NCBI GenBank assembly: GCA_040285855.1
Contig: JAUFOQ010000004.1
Span: 2,108,001-2,172,000 of the forward strand
Origin: Eukaryota sp. GEM-RC1
Taxonomy: Eukaryota
Direction: 5' to 3'
Length of the DNA: 64,000 bases
Within the stretch, counting starts at the first letter, position 1, and every line of letters begins with the position of its first letter. A program made the position numbers and the translations under genes. The notes below the pieces were generated by a model. It saw nothing but the letters and a program-made list of their open reading frames with translations. It was not told where the DNA came from and searched no databases. Of the stretch, positions 50,201 through 60,364 are shown in pieces.

Positions 50201-51221
50201 CAGACGCATTGACATAAATGGGCAACAAATTTTAGATCAATGGGGCTCTAACTCGCCAGGCAGTAAATCTTGTGATTTGACTCTGTATTGTGCTTTTGTT
50301 CTTGGTAAAGAAATTGCCTGTTCTTTATTACGATCACCCACTACTGATCAAAGAACTACTGAAGGAATTTACGAAGAAAAGTGGTTTAGAAGGAATCGTC
50401 TCACACAGTATTCAAAAAAGGAACGAAGTGAGAAAAACATGCTTCACAGATTTGCTCTCCAGTTTGGTAACCCAGATGAAGTCGTTGTTGGGTATGGAGA
50501 CTGTAACGACACTGCTTTTCGTCGAAGAAGAGGTAAAGCATCGACTGTAAAAGGTGCTTCAATTCGGAAATTATTAAGAAAATTTGGATTTAAAGTGTTC
50601 CTAGTTCATGAATTTAAGACCAGCAAATGTTGCTCTGCTTGTGTTTCCAGAAACGACGAAGGTATCTGTTCCAATCCTGAAAGGATAAAAGTCACTGATC
50701 CTCATTGGAAGAAGAAGTTACAGAAGGAAGCGAAAGAATTAAAAAAGGAAATTATGGAACACAATCAATTAGACAATATTGTGGAGCGTAACTTTGATGA
50801 TGAATGGACCATACAGTTGCCATTATCGAAAGAAAGATTGAAGAGCAAAAAAGTCTCACCATGGGGCTTAGTTGAATGTGCTAAATGTCATGTCCTCTGG
50901 AATAGAGACTTCAATTCTGCTATCAATATTTACAATATTGTAAATGGAACCATTCAAGGTCAAGGTAGACCTGCCATCCTCGAGAGACCAAAATCTCAAA
51001 CAACACCTGTCGTGGATGGCGGGAATACAGATCAGATTCCTAAGAAAAAGACTGTGAGTAAGGGTAAGGGTAAGGTAAAGAGTCCTCCAACAAGTGTCAG
51101 AGGTCCTTACAAGTGTGGTATATGTTCTCAACCTGGACATAACAAAACAACTTGTCCAAATAAGCCTAAGAAAGATGTACCCAAGGACTCACACGTAAAC
51201 CAGAAAGATCAGGAATCTTGA
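47202..51221 (+). CDS. Fanzor1 (eukaryotic TnpB/Cas12-like RNA-guided endonuclease), ~1340 aa after correcting five homopolymer shifts, with N-terminal extension and C-terminal CCHC knuckle
   Basis: Motifs in order: ILHYMTTEIITNYKTNMSEHF, FPLTKSLIPNHIRLDT, ISTDGVSCSL, RuvC-I IVAIDPN (D 49768), FRYT, VVVGYGDC, RuvC-II VHEFKTSKCCSAC (E 50610), CAKC-LWNRDFNSAINI (D 50907), GRP. The start codon is inferred. Confidence 0.9.
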
Positions 51222-51406
51222 ATCTATGAAGTTAGCTCGTCTTAAAAGACTTTGCGAATGAGGATATTTGTCTAATAATTTAGACATTTGTCAAACTGTG
51301 AGTTTTGCTCTATGAGATCATGAAAATGTGAAGGGTTATGCACTTACTAGTATGCATTTGGAATGAAATTCACAGTACGTGTAGATAAGTACAATACTTA
51401 TCTTTT
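51222..51406 (+). ncRNA. Candidate Fanzor omegaRNA / element right-end region
   Basis: Lies directly 3' of the Fanzor stop. Stem-loops at 51239-51250, 51263-51292 (13 bp, 2 mismatches), 51293-51305 and 51383-51403 (9 bp, followed by T-run). Boundaries unverified. Confidence 0.5.
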
Positions 51407-51915
51407 GGAAAATGAACAACACGTATATAGCTTCATTTGTTTATTGCTTAAAAGATTGTTAATCAGATGTAGGTGCTCTAGGTAACCCATGTCTAGAATC
51501 ACGCGCTGAGAATATAACTTCACCATCTTTTCCATGTACTTCCAGTTTTGCTCCAGGACGTTCGTCCCAGTTGATAGCTCTATGAAAGTCATCTAAATGA
51601 ACATTCACTTCTTCATCAATCTCCCAAGCTCGATGTAATCTCGCCATCTTTCTTGAGTTACGACGTAGAGCCTTCGTTCTACCGGCTTTAGGTCTAGTGT
51701 AATGCGTTGGACGAACGTTCTTGTCAACGGTTTGTCCTTTGTTTTGGATACAAAATGTGGAGTTTTTGGGCATGTAGATCACTCAAGGAAAATATGGAAA
51801 GATCAAGAGAGTAGCTCGCAGATATCATTAACAAGATTTCTTGAAAAAGATCAGTTTGGTTTCAAACAGTGTTCGAAAATTTTCCATTTGGACACCACCC
51901 AGGTAACAATTGTAT

Positions 51916-52035
51916 GTAAGTTGTTCGGTGATGGACAGGAGGATCATAGTTTAGATACTTTAGTTAGTCTGTTAGTTATTAATTTCTGCAAATGCATGTA
52001 CAGTATTTCACTGATTGATCATAAACTCGGTTTTT
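51916..52035 (+). mobile_element. 5'-truncated copy of CRE-like family A
   Basis: Aligns to 1386-1503; ends CATAAACTCGG-T5. Confidence 0.85.
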
Positions 52036-53189
52036 AAATCATATTGTATCTTTTAGTTGTACGAGGATTCAGAACACTTAAATAACATAAAATGTGTTGA
52101 ATAGAACAAATATACATGTATATAGTATTTTTGACTTTAGTCAGTAAACTTTACATATCTTTGAGTTGACTATCAAACAGAAGGTTTCTGAGTTCACCAA
52201 TTCTAAAAAGTAGAAGTTTACATGAGATTTATTTTGTAGGTGTGTACGATTATGCAATGTGTGATGTATTTATGCATAGATGGGAAATACAGAATACATG
52301 TATTCTGTGTATTTTGTATTTTGTATTAGTATTTGTATTAATACAAAGCCATTATTTGTATTTTTTTGGAATTTTTGATATCAGCATTTAGTGATTACTA
52401 TTTAGTCTTATTCATTCTATCAATTTAGAATAAAGTAGAATTGTGTTGAAGCATTTGAACTCCAAAGTAGAAGAGAGCATGCAGTCACGGTGGCCGAAAT
52501 AAAAAATTGAACAAACGTAAACAGCAACGAACTAATCAAGATTTAAAATGTATAGATTTATATTGTATATTTGTATCTAGAAATGAATATGGGATGCTCA
52601 TAGTTTTGTAGGAAGGTTACCTTATTGGGTACCGAATAAAGCTTTGACATCTGGGATGCTTTTCAGTAGAGCTAAGAAGGACTTCAGGAAACACTAAACC
52701 AAATCTGAACTCAAAAGCGTTAGGAAGGCAACTGTTCTTGTTGTACAATGTTGATCTATGGGATTAAACTTCTATTGGAAAATTTTAATAAAGTATCTCA
52801 CACCTCAATCAGGCTAAAGTTGATGAATATGACCAAATTCTTGTTAGTGATTTGTTACTGTCGTTATTGAAGATATATTTATTGCTTTGACCCAAGATAA
52901 CCAATAAATAAGATACGATATCATTCCAGACAATACATTTAATGTTGAATGTCAGAAAAACAATAAGATAACAATAAGACTTTTTACATTGCCGATTATG
53001 TTATGACAATTGCCGATTATGTTATAAATAATTTATGTCGAGCACTAATTTAATGGATTCACTCTACCACACAACGAAGACTAAAGCAAGGCCAACACAA
53101 ACCACGTAAACAAATTGACCAATACCACACACAGATGTCACCCAACATCGTACCTAAAAAAACATTGTTACTGAATTTATCAGGATTCA

Positions 53190-53332
53190 ACATTTAACAA
53201 AATTTTGTCCAAGTTGTTTGGAGGCAACTACTTTTCGGAATTAGGTAGTTCGTTTGATAATTTGTTTTACTAGTGTTTATTTATTTGTTGTTCTCTTGTT
53301 GTGTGTTTTTCTCCGCACATAAATCCGTTTTT
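53190..53332 (+). mobile_element. 5'-truncated copy of CRE-like family C
   Basis: Encodes FNKILSKLFGGNYFSELGSSFDNLFY* (compare family A FNSILGKLFGDG); ends CATAAATCCG-T5. Confidence 0.75.
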
Positions 53333-54089
53333 ACATTAAACAACATTGATTTTACAAGTGTCAGTAATAAACCTTTAGATTATCACTATTACAATTTTCG
53401 TTCCTTGATCTTATTGGAAAAAGTAATCCCCTGAGATGAAACCAGGAATTGTCATCACCATACAGAAACTGTATACAATTTGAGTTTATTTGATATCAAA
53501 CAAGGAAAGTAGAATTTCTAGTTTAGGAAAGAAATGTCAGAATTTCAATAAATTCTAAAAACGTTGGCCAATCTGTAATTCAACAATAGTAAGATCAAAA
53601 CAAGTCCATCGTTGAACTAGCCATATTAACTATCAAAAGAGAAATGGAATGAAGTACGAGACGTCGTTGTTCACGACACATGTCTAAGATGTGGTTCAAA
53701 ACTTTGTATTTAAGATTTCAATGTAACATTGTCTACAAGTCTCACCAGTTCCTATCCCTGATGTGCTAAGCACAACAGAAAAAGTCAGTCAGAAAAGATA
53801 ACAAACACATCTTATCTCTTAATTGTGATCTTTCTAAGTGGAAAGATCACAAAAGAGTAAGTAGAACCTGTAAAACAAGGACCAAGCAGATAGTGCTTCA
53901 GACTGTTGAGAAGAACTAATAAACAAATTAGGAACATAAAAAGGGGAGAAAGGATTTCCAGGATTATCCTTTTGAACTTTGAAGTGAACCACACTCAGTT
54001 ACTGAGAGAAAGCAGGTCCGATCCTTCTCGGAGTTTCAGTCACGTCATCAACTCGAATTTGGAAATCAAGTTATCCACACATGAAATAA

Positions 54090-54776
54090 TCAAGAAAAAC
54101 TAACATTAGAGATGTCACAAACGTCAATAATCTTGATATCAATCATTTGATCTTCAGACATTTCATAAACATCACGCCATACTTTCCTAAATGCTTCAGG
54201 GGCAGCTTCCGGTGGTGGCGGAGGATAAATAGTTGAGAGCTTATATATGGGTTCGTCATTACTTGACTTTTCCAATACAAGAGCTTCAATAACTTGAAAC
54301 GGAGAATCTAAAGGCTTAAAAGCAATGATGTTCCCGACAGAAATGTCCACGTCATCTGGTTTATTCTGTATTGCTGAATACTTACGAGGATGACCAGGTG
54401 GGTATACACAGGACAAAGATCGAAAGGACGAACATGTATCTCTAATGATTAAAGGAAGAGGAGCGGCTGGAATGGGGACTTCACCTTCTTCGTCTGAGGA
54501 AGAACTATCAGTAGAGTCAGTTTCCATTGCAGAAGAACTATCAGTATCAGACTCAATTCTAGGTTTCTTCTCAGCAGGATGATGTAGTTCTTGATGACGA
54601 CGAAGTATAGGAAGGGTTTCTGCAGGGTTGGTTGAAGATATGTCTCCAAACAGTTTCATTGTTTGATCTAGGAATGTGTTAAGAACTGGAGCTCTTTGAG
54701 GAGATTCCTTGAGTATTTCATCTTGTAGAAGGAAAATGCGTTGAAGAATGGAATCTAGAAGTGGTTGTTGAGACAT
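54090..54776 (-). CDS. 228-aa protein with NLS-like/acidic linker and a coilin-like C-terminal Tudor region
   Basis: Intact ORF. RKYS...VGNIIAFKPL...EALVL...MIDIKII resembles the coilin C-terminal domain (recalled from memory). Confidence 0.45.
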   Translation of the reverse strand: MSQQPLLDSILQRIFLLQDEILKESPQRAPVLNTFLDQTMKLFGDISSTNPAETLPILRRHQELHHPAEKKPRIESDTDSSSAMETDSTDSSSSDEEGEVPIPAAPLPLIIRDTCSSFRSLSCVYPPGHPRKYSAIQNKPDDVDISVGNIIAFKPLDSPFQVIEALVLEKSSNDEPIYKLSTIYPPPPPEAAPEAFRKVWRDVYEMSEDQMIDIKIIDVCDISNVSFS

Positions 54777-54870
54777 CAGCTATTAGTTTATTAAGATGAA
54801 CTAATGTGGATGGGATGAGGGGGAAATTCTAAAAGAATATCCTCAAAGAATGTCTTTGATAAATTGACAC

Positions 54871-55297
54871 TAGGGTTGTTAATCAGTTCAGCCCAGTTCA
54901 AACCTCGATGAACTGACTGAACTGATTGAACTGATCAAAATCTGATGTTCAAATCATTATGAATTGATGTTAAACCTTCAATAAAGACAATCGTTTATTT
55001 AATATCTTTTAAGTACTAGTTGTTTGTATTTCGTTAATTTATAACATAAAATCACCGTTCATTAGTAAAAACATTAACAAACCTAATAACAAATAAAAGA
55101 GCTACCTTTGCTCCACGACATGGCTGTTACTTTGAAGCCATGAGTTGACACACACAAGTGATTGGACAGTGTCATCAGCAAGTTTGGGACTATGTTTGGA
55201 TGCAATAGCCCCAGCAACGGAAAACATTCTTTCGGTAACAGCGCTAGTGGGTTGAATCGCAGCATTGCTAAAGAACAACTTTGCCAACCGTGGTAAA
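54871..55297 (-). mobile_element. 3' end of a hAT transposon with transposase C-terminal dimerisation domain remnant, truncated by a retrotransposon insertion
   Basis: End TAGGGTTG with GAACTGA subterminal repeats. ORF 55102-55287 LAKLFFS...PTSAVTERMFSVAG...L...TVQSLVCVNSWL. Confidence 0.85.
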
Positions 55298-55301
55298 AAT
55301 A

Positions 55302-57900
55302 TTTTTTATTATCGTGCTTTTATTGACAACAACATTATAGTGTACATACATCTAATAATCAATATCCTCAAAGTCCAGATTGCCTAACTGGAAATTTTCA
55401 CCTACCTTATCTTCAGAATGTCTGCCAAGAGATAATAAAGCACTAGATACAGAAGTCACCATACCTTTAAAGATAGCAAACACGATTCGATTTTTCCAAA
55501 ATCTAAGATCAAAAGTCCTAGATGTTTGTTCTTTTACAATCTTCACAAAGATTTCAAGTAATGATGTTGCAGATTCACCTAAAGAACCGTACAGTGAAAA
55601 TACAAAAGGGTACAACAAGTAATTCGAGTGTGACGTCGGATTCAATAATTTCAATTTAGCACAATATTGTTGCATTTTAAACTTTTTACCAATCAACAAG
55701 GGGTTTTTAGTATTAGATTTAGCAAGTTTCTTGTTGGAATCATTACAAACATCGATAGACATAACATCAGCAATAATGAAAGATCCATCAAGACCAGGAA
55801 ATATGACATCACCACGGCTATTTCCAAACGATTTGTCAACATCTGTATCATCAACTAAACCAGCCAGAACTGGTTCTAAAAAGGAAACTATTTCATAAGA
55901 TTTACACATACAATATACAAAATACTAATATTGTAATTGAACCCTTACTGAATCATGAACCTTACTTCTAAAAGAAATAAAACGCTTACAATTCAATAAA
56001 TTTGTAAGTGTTACAGGTTGCCCACATTGGTATTTCAAATTATGTGGAAGGTTATCATGCCAAATATATGACCGTAAACGCAGGTTTAATGACCAAGAGT
56101 TATCAGCAAGAAGAAGACCGTAAACGTGAGGGATTTGAGTAATCAGATATGAAGCAGAGCTATTAGAAACATCCGTTAAGAAATTTGCAAAAGCGGCATT
56201 TTTTTCCTTGACCATGCCAAGTCGAACATTATAATATAAGCTTTCAAAAATATTTGTGAGTTTCTGTTGTACTTTTTCAGTCAGAACTGAAGATTAGTCA
56301 AACATCATTCAGGTATTTCAGACACAGAATCTGGGAATCACTGAGACCAAACGTCCAAAGGTAATTTGATTAACGCTTCGTTTAAGTCAAATAAGAATTT
56401 ACATGAAATGGGGTTAATAAGTGAAATATCATAAGGAAATCGATTAACAAATTCAAAGATGAAATTTTTTCCACCGCCTAACAAGCAGATTTGCAAAATT
56501 GAAGATTTGGTAAAACCAATACCACCAAAATCAGCAGAAGTAAACAAATGACTTCTAAGTAACGTTGAATCAACTTCTAACAATGCAGCAAAAATATTAA
56601 TCCTCAACTCGTTAAAAGATCTACAAAAGTTCATAGCGATTGAAGGAACAGTAGATCTCAAAAGATGTGAGATTTTTCCGGAGTAGCAAATTTTTAAAAT
56701 GAAAAACTTGATATGTTTTTCAATATCATATGAAGAAATTGTGTTGAGCTCTGAACCAATTTTTTCCAAACCATTAGATAATTCTTGGGAAATTTTAGGA
56801 ACATTCCCAAGCCAACAACCGAGAAAACGAAAAGCGTCTTAAACATAATTGATAAATGGAATCTGAACTCCATTAATAAATAATTCTTTTGTAGATCTAC
56901 CAATTAATAAACATTTTTCTGGGTTCAGAGATAAACCCAATGTTTCATAAATATCAGCCACTTCCACAGCTACCTGTTTTAACAAGTCAAGGGGACCAAT
57001 AATAGAAATATCATCCATATAGCCAACTATCTTAAGGTCTGGGTATTTTTTTTAAAATGCACAAAAGCGAATCATGAATAGCTAAACAAAAGAAAAGAGG
57101 ACCAAGAGGATCTACTTGTTTACCACCAGACATAGATTTCAATGAATATGAATCATAAATTAAATCGCTTGGTTTTCCATAAAATAAATAAAAGTAGGAC
57201 GTCAACTCAGGAAAGTCTTTTTCAATAGCAGCAAAAACAGATTTACGACTAATTGAATTAAACGCATTTTTGAAATCAAAATAAAAAATGAAATTATCAT
57301 CATGTGAATTGAAAAACAAATCTAATGTTAAGGCAGCAACAGAAGCCCCGTCAATTGTCATAATTCCAAATTGAAATGGAGACAAAAAGCGACCCGCTTT
57401 TTCTACCACTCGATTAAACACAATTGATGCGAATAAACGAAAAATTGATTCTCCAACTGCAATTGGACGGATTCCATCAGGCTTAATTCCGATACCTGGT
57501 TTTACTCAAGCAATAAGTCGAGCAGCAGCCAATTCAATTGGAGGAATAACTGTCAAACAAACCATCTGTTGAGAGTAATTAGCAAGGTCTTTAGAAATTT
57601 CTGGAGCTGCTTTGTAAGCAGTTTTCAACAAATCAAATGAAATGCCTGAAGGTTCAGCTGCTTTACCTTTAAGAAGTCTAGCAATAGCATTTGCAACTTC
57701 AGTTGGGAAAATAGGATTATCAATCCAGAATTGACAAATTTGAGGTTTAACGTACAAAAACTCTGCTTTGGGAGGCACTTTGACCAATTTCTGAACCGTT
57801 TCAGATTTTGGAATAGCCATTGCAGAAGAAAAGATGGACTTAACTCCAGAACCATAAAAAATTGTGGTAAAGAGTCTTATTTAACTTCCAATATTCGAAT
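55302..57900 (-). mobile_element. Long CRE-like non-LTR retrotransposon (family B): RT, CCHC, RLE, AATAAA and A-rich tail; disrupted
   Basis: GIRPIAVGES, FDFKNAFNSISR, KQVDPLGP, GYMDD (~57015), QCGQPVTLTNLLNC, RGDVIFPGLDGSFIIADV. The 5' boundary is approximate. Confidence 0.9.
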
Positions 57901-58254
57901 GGATCAGCATTTGTCTCTTCTGGATCCAAAACTGCTTCCGCCAAGTAACAGTCCAATTCTACTTTGGCCTGTTCTTTGGTATCCTCGATTGGTACGTCAG
58001 GTTGACTTATAGGTTGAGATTGTATTCTTCATTTAGTTCCTTGATTCAGAAAAGCAGTCCATTTTGTTTAAACAAATATCACGTAGAAATTTCTTTTGCT
58101 TTCCTGTCTTTATGTAACACAGTTTTTGAGGGTGTTTCTTTTGGAAAGATAAGTTTCTGTTTGTTGGTGTATTTTGTTTGTTGTAGAAAAATTAAATTCT
58201 GTGTTTCTAAGTACTAGTACAATGTAATACTAAAAAACATATCTCTATCTACAT

Positions 58255-58783
58255 CAGTATCCGGAATACCTGTTTGGATATGTTCAACATCTCATCATCA
58301 TCAATCATCTTGTCAGGAAATTATCATGGATTTCACAACGGTCAACAGTTGATGTTTAGAATTCAAGACCATTTTCCAAAAAAATAATTATGATGATTTT
58401 TCTACTCTTGAGGTGGCCGACAAAGGAAAGTATTCAAAGTACTGTCATTTCATTAACCAATGGAAATTTGACAGGTACAATTTTTTGGGTTTCAACCGTT
58501 TGTAATGTCGATGTACGGTAACGTTGGACCAGCTGAACAGGGTCTTTTATCTTCATACGGTTTTGTGTTCTGACTCCATTAGAGTTTTCCATGAAATTTT
58601 TGGTTGATTAGATTAACGGTTACGTTGTTTCGTTCAATGCATAGATATTTTAATTCAATTTTAGGAATGTTGTTTGATGAAGAACAGAAAGATCATAGTT
58701 TAGATACTTTATTTAGTGTCTGTTAGTTACTGTGTTTTCCAAAAGCATAAATTTAACTGATTGATCGTGAAACCTGTTGTTTT
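58255..58783 (+). mobile_element. Degenerate, internally deleted copy of CRE-like family A
   Basis: Aligns to 902-935 and 1035-1500. Confidence 0.85.
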
Positions 58784-58862
58784 CTTCTTTGATGACTTCA
58801 TCGTCCGACAATTTGAATTTAGGAATATGGTTTGTATTTAGATGTTGAGGAATAGTTAAGTA

Positions 58863-59794
58863 CATAGTTGCAAAATACACGAACAAAATAATAATACAAT
58901 ACAGAATACAAAAAATACAGAATACAAAAATACAATACAGATACAGAATACAAATACAATACAGAATACTGTATTAAGTGTGTATTTTTTTTCTTATAAT
59001 TGCAAGTATTAAACAAGTGTATTGGAGTCCAACGACTGCAAATGGGATTGATCTTTAGTAGACCTCTTCGATAGGCATTTTTAAACTTCTTTTGATTTAT
59101 CAATTCAATTGTTCTTTCGATTCTAAAATGCAGCAAGGGTTCAAATGTTGATTTGGTCCACGGAAACAACTTAAGTGGATTTACACAGTAATAAAATGTG
59201 ACTTTGGACGCTTTTTGTCTCGTATATTAGTTGTAAATCGTCTTAATATACTGCTTGTAGGTGAAAATGTTTAAACTCGAAATCGTAGGATCCAAAAACT
59301 ACCCGTACAATCTTCAACACAGGATCAAACTGAGTGTCGTGTAGCTCGTCTCATCAGTAAGAGTGTTATGAATCTTCCAAAATTGACAGTAGTGAAACTA
59401 GATTGCACAACTTCAAATGGTTTGGTATTTTCAATTCTTTAGAATGAACATTATTAAGTGTTTCTAAATCTTGTTACTTGACTTTGATCGGTGTTTAGTC
59501 ATCTAGCATATGCCGTTGACGTTCAGCCGACAATTGTACTAGTATTTCTGCAAGTTGTAAAAATATACATGGACCAATTGTATTACACAATAGTATAATT
59601 GTTCAGCAAGATCCACCGTCGAATGTTTCTCTCATTTACTTCAGTCATTTTCATCAAATAAAGGGATTTTCGGGTTGATAAAAAAATACAACAAATACAA
59701 ATACATAATACACTTTTCCAGAAAAAAATACAATACATGATACAGAAAAAATACAGAACACAAAAAATACTGTATTTTGTATTTTGCAATTATG
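58863..59794. mobile_element. Non-autonomous hAT-like element, 932 bp
   Basis: TIR CATA(G/A)TTGCAAAATAC. Perfect 8-bp TSD GTTAAGTA at 58855-58862 and 59795-59802. Subterminal AATACA repeats. Confidence 0.92.
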
Positions 59795-60364
59795 GTTAAG
59801 TACAATTCGTGGTGTGTTGGTGCAGTAAAACACTTCAGAAACACACCAGATAATCCACCCAATTATACGTGTATGGACCATCTGGCAGTTGAAAAATTGG
59901 ATTACGGCATTATCCTCAAAGCATATAGTTGATATACATGTTTCAATACTGTGGTCTAAGAATACAGACCTAGATTTAGACGATATAAAAGAAATCGTAG
60001 TATAACATAGACATAGCATCGACACCTAACTTTCCTTATAATTGACAAGATATTTTAGCTCCTAAAACCAAAGAGACTCTACCTAACCTTTGGAGAAATG
60101 TCGTCTTTCAACTTACACGGAACTTACACGATTTGAAGTGATGAACTGGAACCCATCGATAACAAAGTAGTTTACATTACACAACATCCTTCTACAATTA
60201 TAACACGTTCTAACACCATGACAAAACCACCATTCGATTTGTTGGTTTGTCGCTGACGTTTTGCGATGTGTAAGATCTTATGACAATCGATGGAAATCAC
60301 TGTTGAACTCCAAATTCAGTTCTTCATAGCAGGACTTCTTCTTTCTACGTATCCAATGTGATCA

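Noticed and set aside
45963..51335. piggyBac-like CCCTT...AAGGG ends around the Fanzor
   Set aside because: Only about 11/15 match and no TTAA duplication.
45479..51352. TACTAGTA at 45479 and 51345 as a TSD, or CTAG as a Helitron 3' end, delimiting the Fanzor element
   Set aside because: The octamer occurs several other times in the window. There are no TIRs inside it and no strong hairpin just before CTAG.
51459..51782. 107-aa minus-strand ORF as the Fanzor partner transposase
   Set aside because: No catalytic motif recognised, and its upstream part is broken and cut by a retrocopy; left unassigned.
52275..52370. CATAGATGGGAAATAC plus AATACA/TGTATT repeats as another MITE
   Set aside because: Resembles the 58863 element end, but no matching second TIR or TSD was found.
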